Position numbers and translations under genes: made by a program. Of a stretch of DNA of 64,000 bases, positions 34,303 to 48,500 are shown piece by piece. The stretch is taken from contig JBHGNT010000007.1 in assembly GCA_043228905.1 (NCBI GenBank), positions 3,410,001 through 3,474,000 of the forward strand, given 5' to 3'. Position 1 is the stretch's first letter. The number at the start of each line of letters is the position of its first letter. Below the pieces are notes generated by a model, which was given only the letters and a program-made list of their open reading frames with translations, was not told where the DNA came from and did not search any database. The stretch comes from Azolla caroliniana (lineage: Eukaryota > Plantae > Polypodiophyta).

Positions 34303-36231
34303 ACTCCTTGTTTTTCTGAGGGGGGAAATGTGGTGTCCCTTTCATGCAAGAGCATGCATTTGAACACACCACTCTTTTAGCCACTCCCGTTTAGCACATC
34401 ACCCATTTTAGCCCACCCTTTTAGCACACCATTTTGGGACACGTGTAGCTAGGCCGTCCCAAAATGGGTCCTTTGTATCTTCTATATATTGAATGATAAG
34501 TATGAAGCTAGCTAGGTTGGTTTGGTTTCCTTTTATGTGCATTTCACAATATTGTATGTTGTTAATCGAATACATATACTTGTGGGTCAGTCTCTGTGTC
34601 TATTCCATTTTCAATCTCTCTCTACTTATTCTTGTTCGGTCTATAAGACGTAAGTATCAATAAGTTGTAGCCGATTGACGGAGTGTCCACCCCCGTCGGT
34701 CGTAACGATCCGACCCCTACTCAGGCCCTAGTTCCTACGCACCACAATTCCTTTATTCGATTACAAAGGAGAAGTAATCGAAGGTGTTCTCTAGGAAGGA
34801 GTAACATTTGCAAGTCTTGATGTCAATTATATATTTCAAGATCGAATATTTTATAACCTTGAACTTTGAATATTGTGCACATCTACAAGTGCGCACTTAG
34901 GCATGTATGTACTTAAACACACATGGAGGGTGATATCTAATGGTTACTACATCTACATGAGTGCTTAAAATGACAAACTAAACATGTAGCCTTAGTATGT
35001 ATGGGTTTGCAATATATATATATATATATAAAGAATAGGCATCATGCAACAACACATATATACATGCATAGATGAGCATAACACATATTTACTAACTCTA
35101 GCAAGCAATAACGCTTGTTTGCAGTCATGCATGCATATAACCAACTCATAGAAAATTGTTGACTTGACCGTAGACCAAAACAAATATGGGGCCAATCTTC
35201 AAATCATGCATACTAAAATACATATGGGGGATGAAAAACATGTTCCATGAGAATGCAACCTAAAGATACAGAATGAGATGGAAATACATAAGGTAAATGA
35301 GGTTGTGTAACCACTATCAAACATACAAATGTTTTATGTTAAGGATGTTTCAAGCTTGATAGTAAGCTCACGAGCTTGGAAATGTCACAAAAACATGGTT
35401 CAATGTATTTCCCAAAAACAAAAGAAAAATATATACGCAATATATGCTATCATAAACCAAAGCAATAGTTGTTTTCATAAAGTATATTTCACAAGATTGA
35501 TGTGATTTGTCGGTTTGAGAGATAGCCACAAATTCTGAAAAAAAGTTCACAATATTGCTAGACAACCATTCCAAATATGAACGACCTAGTTGGAACATGA
35601 ATTCCTCTCCATTATCAAAGGTTTATTGTCAATGGTCTTTAATATTTTAGTGCATTGCGTGGAGTTTGTGCAGCTCTTTCAATTGCCTATGATTTCTATT
35701 GGCACATTTAGAAAGATGAAAAGTATTAGCCTATACGGATCTTAGATGCTCGATATTGAAGTACGAAGATGATTCCTTACATAACAAGCTTCTAGTTTTT
35801 TAATTTTAACAATTTCAAGCTTGGTTTTGCTTTGCAAAAACTCATTAGCTACAATATGTTTCTACAATATATAAGATCAACAACTCAATTTCATAGACAT
35901 TATAATTTAATGTGTACTCATTAGCATTCTAGTTGAATGTGAGGGCTAATGAAATGATATGTTTACCTATCTCACCATTCATCCATACTTGTGTTCTTCC
36001 AGAGTTGGTCAATTGTCGCATGTGATACACCACTTTTGTCGATGTCTAATGTTTTAAATATTTGCAGCCCTCAATATAAAGCAAATGGATATTTGTTCTA
36101 GCTTTAATATGGTGTGGATTTTGCTTAGATTTCTTCACATATGACAAAATAGACCTAGAAAATGACTATTTGCTTACAATGATTAGTATTTGCAAGTAGA
36201 ATATTCTAAAAGCAAGATATACATACATACA

Positions 36232-36267
<36 letters not shown>

Positions 36268-38340
36268 TATATATTGTAACAAAATTCTATAAAAACATTG
36301 AACTATCTTACAAGTTGTCGATTTTGAATTGATCTTTTTATTATAGTCAACTTGGACAGATTTATGTAGTTGTAATATGGCGATGGTTTAAAGTGACTCA
36401 TGAACTACTTGTTATAGCTAACAAGAAAATTAAGGAATGCATTAGCGACATGTGTGAAAGTTGTGAGAAGATAGTTATATCAAAAGGTGCAGTTGGAGCC
36501 ACCTCTCTTCCAAGGAGGGTAAATGTTTTCTCATCATTGGCAAACATTTTCTATTTTAAGGGCAATCCATCAAATTGTCGTTGTAGCTTGCAATTAGTCC
36601 CAAAACGCTATTCTAGCTCATTATATTTTCATAATGTAACAAAATGATTGTCTTGTGACAATTGAAAATCAACGCTCAATTGCTTTTATACCTTAGCCAA
36701 ACGTTTCGTCGTGTATAATATAATTATAGGGATATTTGCTAGTTAATGACAATAATTTCTTTAATCAAATTGATGAATGAATAAAAACAACCTATGCTCA
36801 TTAGTTAGTAAATGGATGAGCTTTCAAAGGTGGCCCCTACTTAGACTAGAATGTACTTTAAAACATGTATCATTTATTTAGCATGAGGTGTAATGGAAAG
36901 ATAGAACGAACTAGCATCACTTTTTTTGCACATTTACTTATTACCATTGCGAGTCATATAAACAACCTTGAAGTTACGAAGACCAAGATTACCACTACAC
37001 CATCAAACTGTCAATCAATACATGTGAATTGATAAGAAATAACTTCTGAGAATAGATAACGTCTCATAAATCATGCAAACATGCAATGCTTCAACACACC
37101 ATGCACTTTTTGTTGGTCCATTTTTCTTGTCACCCTGTATTACTTTCCAATATGTTGCTACAAAATAAATTAGTAATGTTTTGTCTTTTTATCATTGTGT
37201 TAAGGCAATATTTCCAACATGTAGACAATAGAAAGTTAGTGTGGATGATCTTAAAGTGAAAATATGAACAAATTTGAGAGTAAACACAACATCAAGCACA
37301 TTGCTTGAGACATGAACATCGACCTTAAAGTTGTAATGCACAAGCTTTTTACTAAATTGACATATTTTTGCTTTAACTTTTTAGAGAATGAATTATAAGC
37401 AATACTTTTGATATGTGAGACCCCTTATACCTTACAATCAAGGCAATGTGATCACGACAAGCATAAGTGTTTCCCATCTTTTGAAGAAAGAAACCTGGTT
37501 TCAATATCTTAAATGGGAGAAGAGTATGAAGGAAGATAGTAGATAAACATTCTTTAAATTATTATAAAACATTAACATGGAATTGTATCTTTTAAAGTGC
37601 AACAATATTTAGGAGGTTTGAACTTTTAGTTTCAAACTCTATAACCATAGATGAAGGGTAAGACAATTTGACAATGATTAGACTTAGAGAGTGAAAATGA
37701 ACAAAATTCTTAGATGTGGCACTAGTTCACCTTCAATGTCCCCCACCACCCAACCAACTCCCAAGTACTTGACTATTACCATGCAAAGAAGATAAAACCA
37801 TCGTGAATTGATGTAGCCAAGGCTAAAAAGTGCCTAATGTTTGAACCAATTAAGCACACTTGTACGAAGATAAAGGACCTTTATGATATGTCATAGGTGT
37901 ATATATTTGTAACACCACCCAAGATGTCCCGTCATTCGGAGGGTAGGATAACGAACTCCATCTTGTGGGCGTGGTGTCACATGCAACATCATTTGGTCAA
38001 GCACACCCCTGAGACATTAATCGTATGGACTAGACAACCATTATTTTTTAATCCTTAGGTGTGAACAAGTGATGATATGATGTAGGAAAACTTAAGGGCT
38101 TAGCATGGGGAAAGCTAGAGCAGAAAGGGCTCCATTCTATAGGTGATTGGAGACACATGGTTGCTCCAGGAGGACCCATTCCCTCCCCTCAAGGGAGCTA
38201 TGAAAATGAGGAGATTGATAGTAGAGGCAGTTGAGAGGGTTTCGGTGGCTGATGTGAGAGGAGATACATGGTTTGGTCTCTTTGATGAGTTTGGAATGGT
38301 TAATTTGCTGATGGGCTTGAGCGGATTTGGAGGAGCTACA

Positions 38341-38541
38341 TTATTTGGGGAGAGCCAAAGCAAGTGCACTTGGCACCCAATCCGAGTGGTGGCCCAAGTT
38401 GGTAACAACTGGAAGACGAACCCTGATTTTGCCAAGGTGGATTATTTGGGGAGAGCCAAAGCAAGTACACTTGGCACCCAATCCGAGTTGTGGCCCAGGC
38501 TGGTAACAACTGGAAGACGGACCCTGATTTTGCTAAGGTAG
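38341..38541. repeat. Two tandem ~100-bp copies within a probable retroelement/LTR remnant
   Basis: 'ttatttggggagagccaaagcaagt.cacttggcacccaatccgagt...ggtaacaactggaagacg.accctgattttgc' occurs twice head to tail. Confidence 0.85.
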
Positions 38542-39289
38542 AACCCCGCTAGAAGTTGTGGGTCTACAACTTGGTCGGAGGGTGATTCCCCGATTTATGT
38601 ATAAGCCACCTTGTATAGTCTTTTTGTAATAATATCTCCTAACTAATGGGAAAGTAGCTTCTCTTTGGGAAAAAAAAAACAAAAACAATCATGTTCGGAT
38701 TCATAAGTCAATACCTCTTGGTCAAAAATATATATAGTGAGACAATCAAGGGGTAAAATATTTACATACATTGGTTTAACATAAGTTCCAATCACATGTT
38801 GACCAATTTTACTGTGCAATCGTGGAATTTGGAAACATTTTACCATCAAAAGATTCAAATATTATGTGTGTCTTATGACCCACAATTTGTTTACATTTCA
38901 AGGCCATATGAATTGCTTCCATTCTTTTGAAATAGTATAAAATAAAAACATTTATGAGTTTCAAAATATTGCTTTCACCATATGAAACCTCAACTAGTTC
39001 CTTTTTTTTAATCCCAGGTCAAAACCACATTTGTTGCTTGAGGTTTCATTCATTGTGTTGTGTCAACTTAGATGAATAGTCTTGATGAGCTACATGGGTG
39101 GTAAGAGACATATTTAAGCAAAACAAATACATTAAACATTGTTAAGAAATATATAGGAAGCATGGTTTGAAAGAAGCAATGTGATGTTGATCCAATAAGC
39201 AAAGTAATGTAATGCAATATCCAATAGGTGTTTTTGATACATTTGACTAAACTAAACAAGAAGAAAGGAGGTGTGTGGTTGAGCTTGGT

Positions 39290-40000
39290 ATGTCAACCCC
39301 CCCCCCCCCCCCGCCCTCCCCCTCAAGTGGATGACTACCTTAGTTTTTCTAAAGCTTGACGAATCAATGTTGTCAAACATTGTCCAAAAGTGTATGCTCC
39401 AAGTGCTTTAGGAAATATATTTGTTATTTTCCAATAAATTTGGATGCATTGGAGGTTGACATCTCCAAATATGATTCTCTCTTGGATGTAGTGGTAATGC
39501 ATCTCCATTTTCACGTGGAACATTTAATTCTATGTCAATTGTATATTGCTATGGTTATCACAATATATCCAATTTGGTTTGTCAAATTGTACATTGAAGT
39601 CCTTAAGAGTCACTTGAGCCAAATGGCTTCACATGTAGAAGTAACATCCAAGACCCTATACTCTTGTATAATTCTTCTTGTTGCTCGAGGATATGGATTC
39701 ACTTCACGAGAAGAATACACAACTCTATGTAGATTATCAATATGTTTAACTATTGGTCAATCATCATTTGTGTAGCCCTCAAGCCATATTGGAACGCTTG
39801 CTTTGTAGAACATGCATTGATATGTGGTGTTACTGACATATTGCATTGTGTGGTGGATTATTTACCAATACTATCAAATCGCAAATAATGGAAGTAGGAG
39901 TTGTTAAATACATCTTCTGTTGCAATCTAACAAGGTTGTAATTGGCTTATAATCCTTCATGCCAAACTTGAATAACAAGTTCAAGGTGCAATTGTGTTGG
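39290..40000 (-). mobile_element. Highly degenerate Ty1/copia 3' remnant (RNase H end + PPT)
   Basis: ORF 39335..39523 (MEMHYHYIQERIIFGDVNL...TNIFPKAL) resembles the copia RNase H terminus (HI..HYHFIRE...ADIFTKAL), followed by CTTGAGGGGGAG purine tract. Upstream extent unclear. Confidence 0.65.
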
Positions 40001-42854
40001 GAGAGCAAGGTTTGTCGACAATTATGATGAATCATAGGCATGACTTTCAAGACTAATCTTAAGGCTAATGTCACTGGTTTAAGAATAGTATAAGTGGGAA
40101 ATCATTTATATCAAGGCTTGGGACAAAACCAATGAACCTACGATACATGGGAACATGTAGTGGTCTAGGAGCCTAAGGAGTCGGGCTATATAAAAGAGAC
40201 TAACTACCCCCTTCATTATGGCATCTTGAGATGACGTCAAACCTCTTTCGTGAGGCAACAATTTGCCCTTTCGGTTTTGTTCTTCGCGACTTCCCATGTA
40301 TAACATAAGGTAATATTCAGCGGTATGGGAGATTGATGATATTTCATGTTTGTCGATAGTCCATAACTTGATGGTGATCCATTTGGGTGACCACACTTAA
40401 ATAATTGTTTTGTTGATCTTAATATTCATTTTTTATCATTAGTATTTCAATTCATAATACTAAGGAAGTAAAGTGTGCCCACATCCTTCCTTTCATTCAA
40501 ACTTGGTAGTGGATGGAGACTTCACTTTCTTGATGGTAACCAAGTGTCAAAGTAATCGGAGGATAAATATGGTTCACATCTAGATGGCATTGTTCAACAT
40601 GAACAAGCGAAAAGTCTATGCCATGCATGTAAGTCTTCATTTATGACACCCTCAGTGCTTTCTTGATGTCATACAATGACTATTGGGGCCTACATATTGT
40701 GCTTTCTTGAAACTTGTCCATGAATCTAGGTCGTATAAACCTCTTCCTAAAAGTTTCCTTGAAGGACGAGATTCTTCACCTCAAATTTATGGGGGGAATC
40801 ACCCTTATGTCAAGGACAATGCACACAAAGGGTGCAGTGGGTGCAAATATCTCATCATGGTATATGTCATAATTTTTCATCATGAGTTTAGCTTGTACAT
40901 GTTGATATTGTTAGTGGGGGTTTACTTCAAGTTTTCGACCAATCAACAATAGATGACCTTCTTATGTGTTAGAGGCGAGACAATTCCCCATGTCTCATTG
41001 TCATAGCTATATTACATTGCTTTACACTCGTCGAAGATGATGGGCCACTTTGATGAAGAATTTTGGCTCATGTACGATTGCTACTTATTGCACTATGTAG
41101 TTGTAGCCAAATGAAAATGTTAGGTTATTGTTATGAATATTTCTCGTGTCTTTTGTAGATATTTCTTCACATTAGGCATCCTCAACATACCATGATGTAT
41201 TGTGATCAAAGCATGACAACTTGTTTGGTTGCCTCATCATGCTTGAAGTCATGTTGTCATTATAGTCATGTGGTGCTCGACTTGGTTTGATATTAGTATT
41301 TGCATTAATGTTAACATTGTCATGAATATGGTCGATTTTGGGGTATATCAATATGCCAATACATGAAGCACAATGCAAAATATCATGCTTGCTATCACAA
41401 CCAACATGATACTAGAGATGAAATCTAATCATTTATATGTGTTAATGTATTTTATGGTTAGTCTGATGTTAAAAGAGTGGTCACAATGTCATTTGTATGC
41501 ATTGTCTTCTAGGTGGCATGTCTTCAAAGATATATGCAAAGTGGCACACATTCATGGCCTATTTTTTGCATATTTGTCTTATGTAAAAAGGAGTCTTACC
41601 CTAGTTGTCCTCAAGGAGTCTGACAACTTTTAATGTCAGGGGTTTTAACACTTGTATACTTTATGTTAATGGGAGTATTTGATGAAGGCACACCTTTCTA
41701 ACTTTGCTCAATCTTTGTTTATTGTTTATCAGGTAAGCGTGCATAAGAGACGTTGCCAAACTTTTTCAAAAGTGGAAAATCTTATGTTCTATTGTTGAGG
41801 CTCTTATGTATAGTTAGATAGTGCACTTTGAAACTTAGGCATTGATTCATCGTGTGCACAATTATGGACATTGCTTTCCCCCAACATGTGTGCAACATAT
41901 GCTTCCCCTTTATCACAACCCAATCCACTTACATGATATACCAATTCTTCCTTTCCCCTGTGACATTTTTGCCACGATGTGTATCAACATTGAATTGTTG
42001 GTGTATATTCGACCGTTGCAAGTATCTCATTACTTCATCACAAGTAGTGTTTTTCCTATTACAAAACCAACGATGATAAATCTTTGAACCATTATGGTGC
42101 TCCACAAATATTTTGAATTCGAGAAAGTGATCAAACATGTCACTCATTGCAAGCATGTGGTAGATATATGTGATTTGAAAGCGGTCGTTGATAATGTTAA
42201 CACAATGCATGCAATCGTTGAGCGTTATCGTTTATGTGGTTCCCCATAGATATAAGTGGATGACACTAGGAGTCCACTACTCATATTTTGATCATTCAAC
42301 AATGGATGTCAGTGTTGCTTCCCACTTTGGCATGCTTCACACATACCACTCATTAAAATTCCCTAGATGTTCAAGTACATATGCTAATGACCCCACTTGT
42401 TTGCATCACTTGTGATTATTATGATTTCATATGGTTAATCCATTTATGCCATATTCCAATGTTGGACAAAACTTTTCGCCATTTGGAAAACATTGTAGAT
42501 TAAACTATGTCGTCCTCAATTATGAAATATGCCCTTCTTTTCTTCTAGGAGTGATCAATAAACACTTGCCCTTGAGGTCTTCAACGATGCACCTTTCACA
42601 ATGACTTGCATGCCTTGGTCCACTATTTGTAGGATGTAGGACTGACACTAAGTTCAAGTTTTAATTGTATGAACACGCAATACGTTATTGATGTTTGATG
42701 TGTGCCATCATCACCAAATGAGACATTGTAAATGTGGAAAAGCTCGGGTGTGGTATCGTGTTCCATCTCTATGTCATTTTGTCGCTTCACAAGTTTCATA
42801 ACCATTCATCAAGATTTGTCATATAGTTAAGTTGATGAAACTCATGTCAATTAT

Positions 42855-43510
42855 TTGGTTGGTCCCTTGAAATATATTCTCTTCAGATGGCTTTTACTAC
42901 ATGCAACACTACAAGTAGGTCAGTCATTGAAAGGAGATGTGGCAATTAGTCTTAGCCAATGTTGTTATTGCGGTGACATGCAGGAAATTATCAAGCACGC
43001 TCTCTGGTCGTGCTCAATAGCCCAACAGGTATGGAACAAAGTTATCTCTTTATTCCTGACAATTAATGCAGGTTGCCTCTTCTCTTAGGGATCAACGGTA
43101 TGAGGGGTCCTCCATTCCAGTCTCATGTTGTATGAAGTAGATGATGCTCTGGAGGCTATAACAATCATCAACAAACATCTAATTATTGTCTGACTCCCCT
43201 TTTCAGCAACCTCGTAAGCAAATGCGTGCAACCCATGTATGGAAAACAATATCTACGGGTACGTTATGGATAGAAGTATCATTGTAAAAGACGACATGAG
43301 TCCATAATTCCTTTTCTCTTAGATATATTACTAGAATTATGGGGGAGCTTATTGGCGGTTGTGTGGGGGTAATATAACAATATGCCAGGCTCTTCAGAGG
43401 TTGTTTTGAAGAAAAGGAAAAAATTATGGAGGAAGTTGGCTTTGTTCACAGTCTCCTCTAATGGACCGTTATGGAGAAATCAAAACCCCTGGTCCTTGCC
43501 CTGACCATTT
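42855..43510 (+). mobile_element. Degenerate L1-like LINE 3' fragment (zf-RVT region)
   Basis: ORF 42855..43088: FRWLLLHATLQVG...CCYCGDMQEIIKHALWSCSIAQQVW (CxxC...H...C zinc finger typical of L1 ORF2 C-terminus). Confidence 0.65.
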
Positions 43511-44288
43511 CTTTTGTATATAATAATACTCTCTGATTTTACATTTTTATAGCCCTCTGGCACTTTTCTTAATACTAATGAAGGAAATCATTTTGAAAAG
43601 AAAAAATAAATTACCTAGCTAATGTTTTTTTACTTTGACATTTGATTCATTACAAACATTCCATCATAATCATCGTGGTTGGAGTGGACAATATAGTCGG
43701 TGAGTTGCCAACTACTATTGGCATCACCCATATTATTGTGACAATTTGCCTCATTGTGGCCGACCTTACCACAATAGCAATGTTTCCATTTGTTGAGTGT
43801 TACCATCTACTGCCCAATCTTCTTCTTCAATGCCCACGGGTTGCAACCTCCATAATTGTGCAAGTAGAGCATTTGCCTATTTGACGTCATGCTCATCGTA
43901 CCAATGTGATTTTCTTCTAAGAACAATATTGATAAGTGATCAATGAACGTTGCCAATATTTCAGACGTGGTGATAGAGAGGTATTCAATGAACCAAAAAT
44001 TTGTCAAATGTTTCATTCAAAGGCATGTCTCCATGATCTCATCCTTATCAACCTTTAGATTATTTCAGACATGAAAGTCATACAATGATATTTCTCTTCA
44101 CTGTAGCCTGAAAGACTTAACCTATCATAGTACATATAACATATGGAAGCTAATGACTTTAATTAATTAATTGTGGAGAATTCCAACCACACGTATGCAT
44201 AAGAGGTTAAGCTTGAACACTTAAACTAAAAGCTTAAAGTTTGAGATATGAACAATCAAGAGTGTTAGGAGAGAGAGAGAGAGAGAGT

Positions 44289-44400
44289 TGATGGAAATTA
44301 GTAAGGTTGCCCGATGGAGACCAGAAGTTTATGGGTTTAACCCCTACATTCCACAATGGCATCTAGTAAATTAGGAGATATGGAGTAATAGAGAGGTGAG
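44289..44400 (+). mobile_element. tRNA-like SINE candidate, copy 1, abutting (GA)n
   Basis: 'gtaaggttgcccgatggagaccag...atgggtttaacccctacattccacaatggcatctagt' matches the reverse complement of copies at 58.8-59.1 kb. Confidence 0.65.
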
Positions 44401-44559
44401 AAAATATAATAACGTACCATTAGGGTAACATGATTACATTAAAAGAAATTAGAGAGACTATATAATCTATTACATTTCAAATGACTTTCTTCCACTATCA
44501 CTAGAAGCACAACAAAGCAATCAATGGTGTTATGAAAAACGATATAGTCCATAAGCCCT

Positions 44560-44752
44560 CTTACGTCTCTTTTCAACCCATGCACTTACCTTTTGCTTCC
44601 ATTATACATCCAAATAGCATCACCATAGGGGGATTCACCATGATTTTCCGATAATTATTTATATTATTTATTTCTCCCCCTTTATCTAAAGGCTCGTGTC
44701 AATATGTATCTCCAATCATGAGGCACACATTGCTGCACTGCACAAGTAAAAC
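44560..44752 (-). mobile_element. Short RTE-like LINE fragment related to 1950-2150
   Basis: Shares 'attatacatccaaatag...ccat.atg.tt..cgataa.t.ttta.attattta..tctcc.cctttat.taaagg' with ~2000-2092. Confidence 0.6.
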
Positions 44753-45070
44753 ATATCACGTGGTTCCTATCATGTCCATTATTCGAGCATCGTGGTCATG
44801 AAGTCTCGAAGATCTTTGCGCCCGTGAAGGGGAGGGATTCGTAAGCCCCCGAGTATACGTCCACAACAAGTGCATCGTCTTTTTCCAAAGCTGATTGCAC
44901 CATATAAGTTCATACATGATGGGTAAACATATGTCCATCCATCCATCAGTGCGAATTCGCGACAAATGCAAGGAGAGACGAATGAGTTGAATCAATCACA
45001 CACATATACACACATGTATGTACATATATATCTAATATCTGGACACATAGGGTTATGACACATGTGTGTG

Positions 45071-45103
<33 letters not shown>

Positions 45104-45593
45104 ATATATACATGTATACATAGATATATATGTATACATAAATGGAGACATAGAGTTATGAGGAAGAGGCTATATACGTAAATTTATAGAACTGAAGGTC
45201 TATTTATGTAATAACTTGTTGAGATGATATTTTAAGGTTAGTATCATTTCTTCTTCTTCTTCTTCTTCTTCGTCTTTCTCTGTCTCTTGTCTTTTCCACG
45301 CAGGTTTCCTGCCTCCCCTGCTCCCTGTTCTTCGATTCTTTCCTGTGTTTTCCTCCGCCATAGCCATAGCCATAGCCACAGCCTTCCCCTCTTTCCTTTA
45401 TTGTCTCTGGCGACGCCTTCGTCTCTTCCCGTGTTCCTTCCCCCCCCCCCCCCCCTTTTCAGATCCCAGAACCTCCCGGACGACACAACAATCTTTGCCC
45501 TAATCCCAGTTTAGTTCTCCTTTTCTTGGAAGAAACCCCCGCCCCCCCCCTACGGTTTCGCTGTTCGAAGCACTCCTGTTCCTATTTCCAGGT

Positions 45594-48500
45594 ATGGGCG
45601 AGGATTCCTTGCGGGAAGACATTCTGCACATTCTGCGTTCCCTTGGCTCCAGGGTTTCTCACTTCGTCTCCTTCTTATTTGATCCCATGGTACAGATAAT
45701 TCTAGACCCTTCTGCTTGCTTTTCGTTCTTCAATGCTTACCATCTAGATAATTTCGTTTCATCTATCGATCACAAAGTGAAACTGTTTATGATAGCGAAT
45801 TAGTCACAATTCCCACATTCGAATTGCTCTCACCATCTGTTTTTTTTGGTAATTGTTCCGTTTTTAACGTTTTTGTAATTTCATTTCGTTGTTTGTTTGT
45901 AGATCGGAAAAGACTCATTCTGTGTCTCATCTCTATAACCAAGTAAATAGCATGTAACTAACTAGTTCTATGTTTTAGTGAGTTCGTCATCATCTAGCTT
46001 GGGATTTTCCATGTTATATAATGTTAATTTTGATGAGCACATATCCTGGTTTTCTGCTCGATTTCCATGATATTGCACCATTGAACTGCTACATCTGACT
46101 GTTTTAGATGTGCCCTTCACGTTTTTACTCCATGCACGTCAGTTTGATTTGGTGAGCATATAATCATAGTAAAACTATTCCATGTACTCATTTTTCGATT
46201 TCTGCACATTTTCTCTCAGATTACATCTTGAAACTAGGAAGTTTGTATTCAAAGTTAGCTGCTTTGTTCTCATATTATTATAGTTTTATGGGTTTTGTTT
46301 CTTGATTATCATCGTTCTCCAATATAATATCTTACTAAAGTTTTAAGCTCATCACCATTGTGTTACTGTTGTATGTGCCTATTATCATGGTTCTCCACAC
46401 GTCTCTCCTAAGATGATATCATGAAACCAGCCAACTTACAGTTAAAATTTGCATATTTGGTGAGCACGGTGTCCAAATAGTCCTGTCTTTTCCATTTGAA
46501 TTGCTTTTTATCTTTGTGTTCAAGCCGTTTTCCTATAACATCACATCATAAAGCTTGCTATAGTTTTATGTTTAAATTGTAGGTTGTGTTGTTTTAGTGA
46601 TAATGTTATGTTATATTAGAGAAACTTCTGAAGAAAGAAAGCTCCTTTTTGTCGTGATTGCTTCAGAATGCAACTTCAATAGGAGCATTGGCTGGCTTTG
46701 CCATTGCAGTCATATGTACATGGAAGTACCTAAAGGCACCTGCAGATGGCTCTAAGAGGTTAGACAAGAGAGATGGAACACCGTCAACCAATGGTTCTAA
46801 TCACACAGCGGTGGCTGGTACATCGACTTCTGTCGAGCTTCATCACTCACAAACTGCACAACGCAGTGTCATTATAAGAGAACCTGAAGTTCCCATTCAA
46901 GTGTGTTCTTTACCTATGATTTTAAGTGTTTGACTCACATTTTTATAGACATTTAACTTAGATGAGCCAAACTTGCAATAAATTCATTAATAGTGCTAAA
47001 TATTATGGTAACCAATATGAGATTGGAATTTCTTGATGTCCTGTTAAACTAAAGAAGATGTTAGCAGGATAATCTGTGTGGTAGTGTTTAATAATCATTT
47101 ATTGTGAGCATTATCACAGTTAAATATTCATAGTTCAAATCATAATCAAAACATATGCTGAGAATTTGTGATACCACATTTGCAGCTTACGATGGCCCAA
47201 ATTGTGAGGAAACAATTGAATGGTGGCAGGAAGGTAAATTAATTTGCAGACGATTGATCTTTGTCCATATCCAACGTTTCCATTGTTTGAGATTTCTGAT
47301 AAACGAACTGTAACCTAGGGTTCTTGATATCCTTCTTTACTTTTATTAGATGACCTGTCAGCTGTTGGGAGTAATATTTGAAGAGACAACTCCCCAGGAG
47401 TTGCAGGTGCTTTTTGTGAAGCTGATAACTATTGTTTTTTATGTTGTATGGATCATCCAATTGATTGGTTCCGTTTTTGTTTTGTTTAGAAACATGCTGT
47501 TGTCAGACCTTCTGTAGTTGAGGTGCTCTTGGAGTTGGCTCAAGCATGTGATTTGTATCTCATATCAAGAGTAGTTGATGATGAAAGTGAGGTTAGTTCA
47601 TCATGTTAGTCCTAACCTTTCCTGCATATGAATTTCTTTGTCTCATTGCTAGAGTCAAAAGAACGGTTATAATAATATTCCTTTAAGAATCTCTTTGATG
47701 GTTGCTATGCTTGTAAGGTCTTCAGGTACGAGAGTGATAATAGATGATGGTGGTCACTGTAGACATAGATGGTACAGCCTAGCCAAAGAATACAAGCCCA
47801 GTTTATAGAAGATGGTAGGAGGTTTAATGGTGTTGATTTGGCACCACCTCATTGGTTAGACAAGCAAAGGCATGAAAGCCCAAGCATCTGAGTATACCTT
47901 GATAGATGTCAATATTTGAAAATGAAGACGGCTTAAAAATAGGCTAATTGGGATTTGGAGTCACCCTTGAGAAATGAGAGCTTTGCCTTTTGCCATCTAA
48001 CCACGTCCACCTTTGCCTTCTGTGAACGTGAGACTTATTTTTCCACCCTTTATCCTTCAAATCTGGAGGAATCATAGCTGGTTTATTTTCTTTGCGAGTG
48101 TGCTCAATAACTTTGGAAGCTTTATGGTATAGGATGCCAAATTCTTTGTTTAGGAGCAAACTGGTTTCTTGGATGTTGAATTAAGTCATAGTAAGCTGTA
48201 TATTGGTGGTTAGATTGAAAATTTACCACCCTCTGGAAATTCCTGAAGCCCATGTGACAAAGCTATAAATGCATGGTTCCATGTTGAAAGGCCCATTTCA
48301 AGAGGTTTTACATTAACCTTGTGGAGAGGATGGAAACTAATTGAGCTTTCTACGTTTTGGTTATTGAAGATGGATTTTAGCAGCTCCATATGATGTTTTG
48401 ATTGACCTAACCTCAAAATACTTGTCTGGTGGTTCGTACATAAATCAAATGACATTATTATTAGAGGTAACATTGCATTGAAGGAATGCTTCACAAAAAA

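Larger units (their letters stand above)
29902..34548 (+). mobile_element. Compact full-length non-chromovirus Ty3/gypsy retrotransposon (4.65 kb) with 220-bp LTRs and a 4-bp TSD
   Basis: LTRs 29902-30121 and 34329-34548 (TG..CA, 4 mismatches counted by eye); TSD ATAT 29898-29901 / 34549-34552; PBS TGGTGGAGAAGCGGGC 30126-30141; PPT GAGGGGGGAAA 34318-34328. Gag, protease LLDTGS, RT YLDD, RNase H and integrase present; no chromodomain seen. Confidence 0.96.
29558..34806. mobile_element. Solo LTR (~600 bp: 29558-29901 + 34553-34806) split by a nested Ty3/gypsy element
   Basis: Termini TGTTATCC...GGAGTAACA (imperfect inverted repeat, TG..CA) with 5-bp TSD TTTGC at 29553-29557 and 34807-34811. 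No internal coding sequence of its own. Confidence 0.85.

Noticed and set aside
35300-37900. Possible decayed DNA-transposon or retroelement coding remnants (also 1-900, 40000-42800 and 55900-57800)
   Set aside because: No motif I could identify with confidence by eye; needs a translated search against TE protein libraries.
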